A DNA stretch of 64,000 nt, taken from assembly GCA_021808485.1 (NCBI GenBank), contig JAKBBN010000002.1:1369-65368 (forward strand). The letters run 5' to 3'. The position numbers and the translations under genes were made by a program. Every line of letters starts with the position of its first letter. Positions within the stretch are counted from its first letter, which is position 1. The notes under the pieces were generated by a model that worked only from the letters and a program-made list of their open reading frames with translations, was not told the DNA's origin and searched no databases. The stretch is from Planctomycetota bacterium (GTDB taxonomy: Bacteria; Planctomycetota; Phycisphaerae; WQYP01). Of the stretch, positions 39,049 through 48,188 are shown one piece after another.

Positions 39049-41109
39049 ATGAATCCATTGCCAAGTTACCGGCCTGAGCAGATACGCAACATTGTCCTGC
39101 TGGGACATTCCGGCGCCGGCAAAACAACTCTGGCCGAAGCCATTGCCCATCACTGCGGTGTTACCACGCGCATGGGCAGTGTGGAGGACGCCAATACGGT
39201 TTCCGATTTTGAACCAGAGGCCCGCCTGCACAAACACTCCACGAATTCCGTTCTTATGTTCGCCAATTATCAGGACAAGGAAATCAACCTGATTGACACG
39301 CCCGGCTATCCGGATTTCGTGGGGCAGGCGCTGGCGGCTATTCCCGCAGTGGAAACAGCGGTTATTGTGGTTAACGCGTTGCAGGGTGTGGAATTTAATA
39401 CGCGCCGGCTGTTCCACGCCGCCGGAGAAATGGGCCTGGCCCGGATGATCGTCATCAATCGTATTGATCAGGCGACTGACTTGGCCGGTCTGGTGCAACA
39501 GCTTAAAGCCAGCCTTGGCTCGCAGCTGCACTGCATCAATCTGCCCTGCAACAACAAGACGGATGTTATTGACTGCTTTGACCAGCTTACCGGCACGGCG
39601 GATTTCGGCGGCGTCGCGGACATCCACCGGGAAATGGTGGAATCCGTGGTGGAGATGGATGATGCGCAGATGGAAAAATACCTGGCGGGGGAACCGATTG
39701 ACCTTGCCCAATTGCGCAACTGCTTTATCCAGGCGATGAACAGCGGCCATGTGGTGCCTGTTCTGTTTACCAGCGCCAAAACCGGTGTGGGCATTGAGGA
39801 CCTGCTCCATATTCTGGCCGAAGATGTGCCTTCGCCGGTCAGCGGCAGGGCCAAACGCCTGATCGCCGGGGGATCCAATCCGGAAGCCTCCGCTTCGCCC
39901 ATCGAATTTCCGGCCGATCCGGACGCCCCCCTGCTGGCGCATGTGTTCAAAGTTACCAGTGATCCATACGTGGGCAAGCTCTGTATGATGCGCATTTTGC
40001 AGGGAAAGCTGGAAGCCGCCACGGCCTTTGTTTATGGAGCGGAGAAACGGACGCATAAGGCCGGCCATGTGCTGAAGGTTGAAGGCCGCGAGCACCCGGA
40101 GGCCTCGGTCGCATATGCCGGTGATATTGTGGCGGTGGCCAAGCTTGATGACCTGCATGTGGACGCGGTTGTTCATTCTCCCGTTGCGCCGAATAACCTG
40201 CGGCCGATTCTGCCGCACTATCCGACGCCCATGTTTTCGGTGGCGGTTACGCCGAAATCCCGCGGCGATGAGGCCAAAATATCGGCCGCCCTGGCCAAAC
40301 TGATGGAAGAAGACCCCACATTCCGCGCATCGCATGACCCGCAAACCCATGAACTGGTGATTCATGGATTGGGCGACCTGCATTTGCGGGTCGTCCTGGA
40401 GAAAATGAAGAACCGCTTTAACCTGGAGGTGTCCGCGGCGCCGCCGCGAATCGCGTACCGTGAAAGCATCGGGTTATTTGCGGAAGGTCATTACCGGCAT
40501 AAAAAGCAGTCCGGAGGCGCCGGGCAGTTCGGGGAAGTTTACCTGCGGGTGGAACCGCTGGAGCGCGGCAAGGGTTTTGAGTTTGTCAACGAAGTCTTCG
40601 GCGGGGCAATACCCGGACAGTACATCACCTCGGTGGAAAAGGGGGTACACGACGCCATAGAACGCGGCCCGCTGGCGGGATACCCCGTGCAGGATGTTCG
40701 TGTGACGGTATACGATGGAAAGAGCCACCCGGTGGATTCCAAGGATATCGCCTTCCGCATAGCGGGCAAAATGGCGTTTCTAGATGCAATTCTCAAGGCC
40801 CGTCCGGTGATGCTTGAACCGATCGTGACGATGGAAGTGGTGGTGCCGGAATCGCACCTGGGTTCCACAACCGGCGATCTTAACGGCCGGCGGGGCCGCA
40901 TCGTGGGCACGGACCTTCTACCCGGAGGACTTGCCGTGATCCGCGCCGCCGCACCGCTGGCGGAACTGACGCAATACGACAACCAGTTGCGCTCCGCAAC
41001 CGGCGGACAGGGAAGTTTTGTGATGGAATTTTCCCACTATGAAGCAGTGCCGCCCGCAATGCAAATAAAGCTTGCCGCACAATACAAAGCCCCGGCGATG
41101 GATAATTGA
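39049..41109 (+). CDS. fusA: elongation factor G paralogue (EF-G II type)
   Basis: GHSGAGKTT, DTPGYPDF, HKKQSGGAGQFG, DGKSHPVDS; switch I diverged from RGITI; outside an rpsL/rpsG operon. Confidence 0.93.
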   Translation: MNPLPSYRPEQIRNIVLLGHSGAGKTTLAEAIAHHCGVTTRMGSVEDANTVSDFEPEARLHKHSTNSVLMFANYQDKEINLIDTPGYPDFVGQALAAIPAVETAVIVVNALQGVEFNTRRLFHAAGEMGLARMIVINRIDQATDLAGLVQQLKASLGSQLHCINLPCNNKTDVIDCFDQLTGTADFGGVADIHREMVESVVEMDDAQMEKYLAGEPIDLAQLRNCFIQAMNSGHVVPVLFTSAKTGVGIEDLLHILAEDVPSPVSGRAKRLIAGGSNPEASASPIEFPADPDAPLLAHVFKVTSDPYVGKLCMMRILQGKLEAATAFVYGAEKRTHKAGHVLKVEGREHPEASVAYAGDIVAVAKLDDLHVDAVVHSPVAPNNLRPILPHYPTPMFSVAVTPKSRGDEAKISAALAKLMEEDPTFRASHDPQTHELVIHGLGDLHLRVVLEKMKNRFNLEVSAAPPRIAYRESIGLFAEGHYRHKKQSGGAGQFGEVYLRVEPLERGKGFEFVNEVFGGAIPGQYITSVEKGVHDAIERGPLAGYPVQDVRVTVYDGKSHPVDSKDIAFRIAGKMAFLDAILKARPVMLEPIVTMEVVVPESHLGSTTGDLNGRRGRIVGTDLLPGGLAVIRAAAPLAELTQYDNQLRSATGGQGSFVMEFSHYEAVPPAMQIKLAAQYKAPAMDN

Positions 41110-41187
41110 TCCAATACCGGGGGGGGGATTGCGTGCAAAACAGGGGCGGCCGCCGCAACAACGGCGTTATGACGGCCGGCGCAGCGG

Positions 41188-42765
41188 TCAATGCGTGAGG
41201 GCGTACACCAGAATATTCGTACCGAGCTTCAACGCATCGGGTGTGGAGTAGGCCTTGGCATAGGGATTGGGCAGATCTTCCCATCCGTTGGACAGGGAAA
41301 ACCGCGAATAGATGACCACCGGATTGCCGTCGATGGTGGCGGCTTCCAGCACCGGGTTATTCAGTCCAGGCGCGGCCGTGGCCACCACCGGCGAATAGGT
41401 GACATGCCGGACATTAAACACATCGTTGTATATCGGCGAATTCATCGGCAGCATCTGCAATTTATGATGCGGCAGCACCAAGCGAATTTCCTTGCGGAAG
41501 GCCGTATCAAACGCACCGGCCCCCATGGCATCGTCCACCAGAATCACACCGCCGGCATGCAGATAGTTGTGCAGGTTTTTGATTTCCGTCGGCGTCCAGG
41601 CGAAATTACGCAACCCAGTCATGTAGATGAACGGATATTTTCCCACCCGCAGGCTGTCCAGCGTAACTTTTGCACGCTTGAACTGCACGCTGACGGTCGT
41701 CTTTTGATCGATAAATTTAAGCAGATTCGGCAAGCCGTGCGGCGTAGGATTCCAGTCGCCGTTGTTCACAACCTGGGCGATCACCACTTGATCGCGTGTG
41801 GCGATGCGCGACTGCTGATAGATTTTCTGTATCTCGAAAGCCCGGCCGTATTGAAAATTGGCCAGTACATAGGTCAAGATATTGGCTCCCAGCCGCAGGG
41901 CGTCCTGCTGGGCGTAAAGCGTTCCGCCCTTGATCGGGTGCGCCCCGGCATCCCAGCCCCAACTCATGTCCACCGGGGAAAAAATGATGCCCGCCCGGCA
42001 GCCCATGTACATCACCCGCAGGTAAGCCGGTATCTGTTTCCATGGCCCGTCGCCGACCCGGAGCCGCATGGTCTTGATCCGGTTAAGATCATGAAACATC
42101 GGATCGTCCAGCGGAAGAGCGCCAAATGGATGGTGGGGAAACAATTCATGTTCAAAAACCATCACGCTCTGATTAAACTTGGGCCGGCCGCAGCTGGAAT
42201 TAATGAGAATCGTTCCCCCGGCCACCACATACCCGCGCAGACGCGCCAAAATAGCGGGGCTGAATTTCGGCAGCGGCGTCCAGCCGGTGATGTATAGCAC
42301 CGGCAGTTGCGTGGGGCTGTAGCTGAATCGTACCGGATCCACCTGGACATAACGGTAGTGGAGGCCCAACTGCGAGTTGGTCCAGTTCATCAGTGTTTCG
42401 ATATCCAGCGTTTCCGTGGGATAGTTAACCACCCGATGGTCTTTGATAACGTTTAAATTCAACATTCCAATAAGCGCGGGCGGAGCGGGCTTGCGATGGT
42501 GTTCGGAACGGCGCACGGGTGTGGCAGGCAAGGGCAGGGGCGCCGTGGCCTCGCCTCCGGCCAGCCGACTGCGGTGCGCCCGTGGCGGCACCCACGCCTT
42601 GGGATTCACAAAAGCAGCGCCGGCCGGAATGGCGGTGAACAGGATTGCCCCCGCCAGCAGGCCGTTAAAAATGGAAACGCTACGCGCGGGACAAGACGCG
42701 AGATTGCCGGTTCGCCGATTGAATAATCGCATGACGCACCCCGTTACGAAAAATATTGAGGACAT
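41188..42765 (-). CDS. exported protein with two DUF4159-type domains
   Basis: Two copies of P..Y.TG....F....L..Y...GG....D/N...G...F...ALR/KLG.NIL.Y.L. Confidence 0.85.
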   Translation of the reverse strand: MSSIFFVTGCVMRLFNRRTGNLASCPARSVSIFNGLLAGAILFTAIPAGAAFVNPKAWVPPRAHRSRLAGGEATAPLPLPATPVRRSEHHRKPAPPALIGMLNLNVIKDHRVVNYPTETLDIETLMNWTNSQLGLHYRYVQVDPVRFSYSPTQLPVLYITGWTPLPKFSPAILARLRGYVVAGGTILINSSCGRPKFNQSVMVFEHELFPHHPFGALPLDDPMFHDLNRIKTMRLRVGDGPWKQIPAYLRVMYMGCRAGIIFSPVDMSWGWDAGAHPIKGGTLYAQQDALRLGANILTYVLANFQYGRAFEIQKIYQQSRIATRDQVVIAQVVNNGDWNPTPHGLPNLLKFIDQKTTVSVQFKRAKVTLDSLRVGKYPFIYMTGLRNFAWTPTEIKNLHNYLHAGGVILVDDAMGAGAFDTAFRKEIRLVLPHHKLQMLPMNSPIYNDVFNVRHVTYSPVVATAAPGLNNPVLEAATIDGNPVVIYSRFSLSNGWEDLPNPYAKAYSTPDALKLGTNILVYALTH

Positions 42766-42989
42766 TTAATCAGCAAGGCGGATTCTCCGCGGCGCACGCT
42801 GACAGTCAGTAAGTATAACGGCAAATGCAATAAAATGATTGCGAAATATACAATTTTACCGATTGGCGGCGAAGGGATGGCGGCAAAAAGCCATAGAACG
42901 CCAATTTGTTCGCGATCGCGGATATACAGCGTGAGCCCCGGGAAATTCGGCGTAACCGGATCGTATGCCTGCGCGTACGCGATTTTTTC

Positions 42990-43598
42990 TTACTTTCCCC
43001 GTTCCGCGAGTTGCCGGGTGATTACCCGCAGGATTTGTGCCGACTGGGGCTTTATCGGGGAACGAAAACGGGCCACTATTTTGCCGGTGCGGGAAATGAT
43101 AAATTTCTCAAAATTCCATCCGACCGGACCGGGAAACTTTGGGTCAGTCTTTGACGATGTCAAAAAATGATAAAGCGGGCATTGCCGCGGCCCTTTGACA
43201 TGTATTTTGGAGAACATGGGAAATGTGACGCCATAATTCCGCGTGCAAAAAATGCTGATTTGCTTGTCCGTGCCGGGTTCCTGGTGGGCAAAATCATTGG
43301 CTGGAAATCCAAGAATCACCAATCCGCGTGAATGGTATTTTTTGTACAGAGCTTCCAAGCCGGCATATTGCGGTGTAAATCCGCATTTGCTGGCGGTGTT
43401 GACGATCATGACCACTTTCCCCAGATAACGCGATAAATGCACTGTTTTGCCATCCAGGGACTGCATCGTGAACGCAAGCACAGGCGGCGTGGACCGGGCC
43501 CCGGCCGCGCCGCGTGCCGACGGAGTTGCGTTTTGGCAGAGCCACAAAGCACCAAAGCCACAGGTGAGAACCAGCGCTGCAAATATCAATCGCTGCAT
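42990..43598 (-). CDS. exported glutathione peroxidase-family protein
   Basis: VNTASKCGFTPQY, LGFPANDF..QEPG, WNFEKF; signal peptide. Confidence 0.95.
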   Translation of the reverse strand: MQRLIFAALVLTCGFGALWLCQNATPSARGAAGARSTPPVLAFTMQSLDGKTVHLSRYLGKVVMIVNTASKCGFTPQYAGLEALYKKYHSRGLVILGFPANDFAHQEPGTDKQISIFCTRNYGVTFPMFSKIHVKGPRQCPLYHFLTSSKTDPKFPGPVGWNFEKFIISRTGKIVARFRSPIKPQSAQILRVITRQLAERGK

Positions 43599-43924
43599 GG
43601 CAAAACCTCAATTATCGTTCATCGGACGACGCGAAAATGCCCGCCCGTACAGATTTGTGGATATTACGGCATTGAAGAACGGTAAGTCAAGGTTGAAACC
43701 GGTATTTGCCGCCGAAGGATGCACCCGTAATTATCCGGAATTGCCCCAATGCCGACGGAACGCCTGTTTGAGCTTTACGGTGAATACCCTTCCGCCAGCC
43801 TGAACGTGGCCGCGGAAAGCCGCGATCCCAATGACCTGCTTGGCGACACGCCGAGTGTTCTTAAGGTTCCCGATTTAAACGGGCACAGCCATACCCGCCG
43901 GTCCCGGGCGATTAATCCCGGCCG

Positions 43925-45190
43925 TTAATTCCGCCCCGCACCGGCGGACAGTCCCGGCCAGGGCGTCAATTTCCCGTGGCGCAACCGCATCAAATGCCGG
44001 TCTTTTACCGGGAGTCCGGTGCGCGGCAACAGGCGGCGCACCTGCCGCCAAGATAGCAGCGGACCGCCGAGATTTTTCCGCCATTGACCGTATCCGCTTG
44101 AGAGCAAATTGCCCCGACCGGAAAAATTGCCTTCCTTTGCGCCATGAACAAACATTGTCAGACTGTCGCCGCCGCGCGGGCCGGTGATGCGGTTATCGCA
44201 GCAGAAGATTTTCGCCCCTTGGGCGGACAGTACAAATACCGGGCTGGACCATGGTGTGCGAATAGTATTGTGTATGACAAACAGGGTGCCGTTATGCGGT
44301 CCCCCGCCGTCCTGGCCGAAATGGATGACCTGATGATTTCCGGCGCCCCCGCCCTTGACTATCAGGCACCCAAGAACAACCGCATCGCTGTTCGCGGCCG
44401 CGGTGTTGGCCCGGTCATCAACCAAATCGAATTCGCGGTTTGATGACCCATGCACATAGCAATACTCCACCCAGGTGATATGGCACCGACTTTTTATGTC
44501 ATGGCCGGTTAACGGATGGGAAATATCACAACCCAGAATCAAAGCGCTGGTTCCATCCAGGTAAAGGTTGTGATTATAACCCGGATCTTTGTAACTGCCG
44601 TTGCCGGTGATGCGGCAGAACTCGATCCGCTGGTTTGCGCCGGTACCGCGGTGAAAATTTCCGTTGCTCATAATGCCCATGTCATTGCCGTGTATATAAC
44701 AATGCGTGACAAGCACATTGTCAGCGGCATTGATGCGAATACCGGCTCCGTTAAACGAATGATTGTGGGCGCCGTGCAGGTCAAAACCGCGCAGCACGCA
44801 ATTATCCGCATTCGGGTTGAACTGGAAGACGGCGCGCGGCACCTGCCCCCGGCCGGAGTAATTGAATCCCTCCGCGTTGATCCGGATCAGCTTTCCCGGA
44901 ATGGCGGGCTCAATCGTTAGACCGGCGGTGTTCACTTCCACGGCGGTGCGGGTATAACTGCCGCCGTGAGCCGGCCAGACTTTGATAACATCACCGGGAC
45001 GTGCCGCGGCCACCGCTTTTGCAATACCGCTGAACTGCATTCCCGGCCCCACCCGCAGCGTACGTGAAAATGCCGCAGCAGGCGACAATAACGCACTGAA
45101 CAGGAGAAACCGGCACGACCACACCATCCACCGGGCCAACCGGCCGGCCGGAGGCGTTGAGTCCATTGAAACAGGAGCATGATCAAGCAT
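43925..45190 (-). CDS. secreted right-handed parallel beta-helix protein
   Basis: VGPG....I..AV..ARPGD.I, NGAGIRI, NDMGIM, HNLY, GHDIKSR. Confidence 0.85.
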   Translation of the reverse strand: MLDHAPVSMDSTPPAGRLARWMVWSCRFLLFSALLSPAAAFSRTLRVGPGMQFSGIAKAVAAARPGDVIKVWPAHGGSYTRTAVEVNTAGLTIEPAIPGKLIRINAEGFNYSGRGQVPRAVFQFNPNADNCVLRGFDLHGAHNHSFNGAGIRINAADNVLVTHCYIHGNDMGIMSNGNFHRGTGANQRIEFCRITGNGSYKDPGYNHNLYLDGTSALILGCDISHPLTGHDIKSRCHITWVEYCYVHGSSNREFDLVDDRANTAAANSDAVVLGCLIVKGGGAGNHQVIHFGQDGGGPHNGTLFVIHNTIRTPWSSPVFVLSAQGAKIFCCDNRITGPRGGDSLTMFVHGAKEGNFSGRGNLLSSGYGQWRKNLGGPLLSWRQVRRLLPRTGLPVKDRHLMRLRHGKLTPWPGLSAGAGRN

Positions 45191-45435
45191 CGGCCAATCC
45201 TCCGTTTAATATCAGGACCTGATAGAAAATGCGTACCGTATCCGCCGGAATGCCCGGGGACATTGCCTTACCCGCGGACAAGCTTGGGGACAATTATAAT
45301 CGGAGGTTCCCGCCGATGCCCGTCTTTGTTGTGGGGCGGGGCACGCAAGGCGGTGGAAGCCCACCCGCGAACAAAGCCGGCACCCTGCGGGCGGACGACG
45401 GAACGGGGAATGGTGCGAAGCCGCGGGGCTCTGGA

Positions 45436-45469
45436 AAAAATACGGGCCGGTTCACATGAACCGGCCCGT
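45436..45469 (-). terminator. intrinsic terminator
   Basis: ACGGGCCGGTTCA-loop-TGAACCGGCCCGT followed by ATTTTTT on the minus strand. Confidence 0.75.
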
Positions 45470-45645
45470 TGCCTGTGGTTTTGTCAGCTCGCCTGATGGA
45501 AACAACATCTGTTGCCAGAACTATTTCATCAGCGCGCTCATCGTGGCGGCGAAGTGCCGCCGGGGAAAAAGGTTAAACTAAACTTGCTTCAATTAACCGG
45601 GAAGCTCCGGTACAAAAGCGCTCGGATTCAAAGAGCGATAATCGC

Positions 45646-46029
45646 TTAGCGACCACCGGCCCGCTGAGCCTGGAAGCAATCCCGGCAATAAACCGGACGG
45701 TTGCCTGACGGCTTAAACGGAACTTCGGTCGGCTGGCCGCAGGATGCGCAGGTGGCCGGGAACATTTGACGGGGGCCGGATGAAAATCCACGTCCTCCGC
45801 CGGAGCGTCCGCCGCCGGAGAAGCCGCGTCCACCACCACCGCCGCCGCCGCTGCCACCACCACGATGACCGCCGTCACCCTGTTGTGCTTTGCGATTGTC
45901 CCTGCAGGTTTTGCAACGTTTGGGTTCATTGGTAAATCCACGTTCTGCGAACCGTTGCTGTTCGTCCGCGGTGAACGTGAACTCTGTGCCACAATCGACA
46001 CATACAATTGTCTTGTCGTCATACGACAT
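45646..46029 (-). CDS. zinc-ribbon / CxxC-x17-CxxC protein with Gly/RGG linker
   Basis: DKTIVCVDCG.EF.FT..EQ, PKRCKTCR, ATCASCG...VPFKP...RPVYCRDCF; GGAG RBS before ATG 46029. Confidence 0.93.
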   Translation of the reverse strand: MSYDDKTIVCVDCGTEFTFTADEQQRFAERGFTNEPKRCKTCRDNRKAQQGDGGHRGGGSGGGGGGGRGFSGGGRSGGGRGFSSGPRQMFPATCASCGQPTEVPFKPSGNRPVYCRDCFQAQRAGGR

Positions 46030-46139
46030 ACGTGTGCTCCACTGGATAAACCAGAAATGAGAGGAATAGAGCGATGGGCGGTGCGGGAATGGCTTCGGCC
46101 AACCTCGAACTCGGGCGCTACAGCCCACAGGCGAAGTAG

Positions 46140-46167
46140 AGTATACCCGAAATGGAATGAAACGCAA
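46140..46167 (-). promoter_or_regulatory. sigma70 promoter of the zinc-ribbon gene
   Basis: TTGCGT-N16-TATACT. Confidence 0.6.
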
Positions 46168-46490
46168 ACAGATTTCTTTGAATTTTGATATTTGTAAATC
46201 CACGAGCCCAAACTCCTCCCCGGCCGGCTATTATCAGCAGTTGAGCAGCATGGCGGTTTTGCCGGTAATTGGGCGGCCTGATTGGCCGGATTGCCCGGGC
46301 GCAGCCATCGGCTGTTCACGCGATGCGCTGCTTTCCACCACATCCTAGCCGCAAGATGCCTTTTTACACCGCTGATTTGCGCAGCTTACGCCTCAGGCCA
46401 AGGCCCGCCAGACCCACACGGCCAAGCCGCTGGAATCAGTCGGTCTTTCACGGCGGCAGGCAGAAACATTCCGGCTCGCATGCCGATGCT

Positions 46491-47009
46491 TTAAGCCGCT
46501 CCGGATTCACTTGCGGACGCTTCCGGCGCGGGGGCGGCTTCGCTTACGGCGGGCGGAACCGTCGCGGCCGCCTGCGCCGCGTTGATGCGAGCCTGCAAGG
46601 CGTCAAGGAAAAGGCGGTTTTGCTTATCACTCATCGCGCCTTGGACCCGGTGAATCGCGCCGGCGCGGTAAATGGCAATGTTCCGCGTTTTTTCTCTTGC
46701 GATTCGAGTCGCAATCACTACAAAAAGGACGCAGAAACACCCGCCGATAATGGCGCCCCACATATTGTTCTGGACCGCAAACAAAATGGTGATCAATATG
46801 CCGGCAAGCAGCGCCGCAAAAGCCAACAGCAGCGCCACAATTCTGTCCTGATTCCACGCGAACACAAATCCCACCTGATCATAATATATCCGCAGCACCC
46901 GGTCAGTCAGTGTTGATTCCGCCCGCAAAATAGTCGCGGCATCGTCCGAAAGCAGGACAACCGTCCGCCCCAGAAAACCAGTAAACTTGAACCGGGCAAA
47001 TTTCGCCAT
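46491..47009 (-). CDS. membrane protein (2 TM)
   Basis: GGAG RBS before MAKF; two hydrophobic helices. Confidence 0.75.
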   Translation of the reverse strand: MAKFARFKFTGFLGRTVVLLSDDAATILRAESTLTDRVLRIYYDQVGFVFAWNQDRIVALLLAFAALLAGILITILFAVQNNMWGAIIGGCFCVLFVVIATRIAREKTRNIAIYRAGAIHRVQGAMSDKQNRLFLDALQARINAAQAAATVPPAVSEAAPAPEASASESGAA

Positions 47010-47036
47010 TATTCGCTCCACGCAATTGCAGTCCGG

Positions 47037-47786
47037 CTAACCATGTGCGAACCAATTAAACATCCAGTAAACGGATGAAGCCGCACTCAGCCCGCCGATA
47101 CACATAAATATTATCGCGATAACGAGCAATCGCGTTCGGCTGACAAATTGGGCATATAAAGGATTTGCAAGTCGCTGCCGCGCTGCCTGCCGCCACTGAT
47201 AAATACCGTATGGGAACCAGATGACAGACGTAAGCCAGAGCCCCAAACCAAGCGGCGGCAGCACAAGCAGCACCATCAACAGGGTCATGGCGCGTTCAGG
47301 ACGCGGCAGATTGAGATCAAACTTTCCGGCCAGGACATCTTTGCCGCGCGGCGAATCCAGAAATTGCACGCTGTAAACAGCGCCGCCAACGGTGACACTG
47401 CATAAGGGGCAAATAAAGTTGCCGGTACCCGCGCATGTATTCACTGCCTTTTTTTCAGGGTGATAGGCACATACCGCGTCATCGGAAAGAGCCGGTTCAC
47501 TGTACTCTATTTTCCGTGCGATCGGGCGAAACACCATCTCTATGGCTTCAACGCCGCAGAAGTTGCACCGCGAATAGACTGTACCCGAAGGCGTGGGCAG
47601 CGGCCGCATGGTACCAGTGCATCCTTTTACCGGGCAGTGCGGCCCGACCGGTGCTTTCACCACACCAGGCCGGGGCGGCTCCCCGGCACCCGCCGCCGGA
47701 GCGGCGCTCGCCGATGCCTCCGCGGTTAACACCCCTTGACCGTCCGCCGGCGGCTGAACTTCCACGTTGTCATCAACCATGCGCAA
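47037..47786 (-). CDS. zinc-finger plus B-box-like membrane protein
   Basis: CPVKGC...CNFC; CAYHP...A...C...GNFICPLC; C-terminal TM helices. Confidence 0.8.
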   Translation of the reverse strand: MRMVDDNVEVQPPADGQGVLTAEASASAAPAAGAGEPPRPGVVKAPVGPHCPVKGCTGTMRPLPTPSGTVYSRCNFCGVEAIEMVFRPIARKIEYSEPALSDDAVCAYHPEKKAVNTCAGTGNFICPLCSVTVGGAVYSVQFLDSPRGKDVLAGKFDLNLPRPERAMTLLMVLLVLPPLGLGLWLTSVIWFPYGIYQWRQAARQRLANPLYAQFVSRTRLLVIAIIFMCIGGLSAASSVYWMFNWFAHG

Positions 47787-48188
47787 TAATCCAAAGGGTG
47801 ATCAACGGAGCTTAACACAACATCTTTCAGAGAAATGATACTCGAACCGTTTGCGGCCGCAAACGGGATTTTTAAGCGCGGCCTGGCGCGGATCGGTCAA
47901 TTTTCCCAATTTGTGGTGAATAGCTCGCAAGGGGCAATATCAGGGCAATAGTGCGGCTGACGCGACTGTAAGTCTGTATACTGGCATGGAATTGATCGGT
48001 TTTACAAGAGGCGGCGTCCCCATGACTGGAAATAAGCTGCTAAGTTCTCCCCACGACCCGCACCCCGGTGAAGAATCGAATATCATCGCGCGGTGCTTTA
48101 TTGATACATGGAGTTGCAAAGATAACGGCAGGGACAGGCTCACCTGGAGTCCCAAAGGGAAGCGGTAAATGGAGTGAGGTAATTTCCC

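Noticed and set aside
45490-45535. Hammerhead ribozyme (CTGATGA on the minus strand)
   Set aside because: No GAAA after a stem II and no three-way junction
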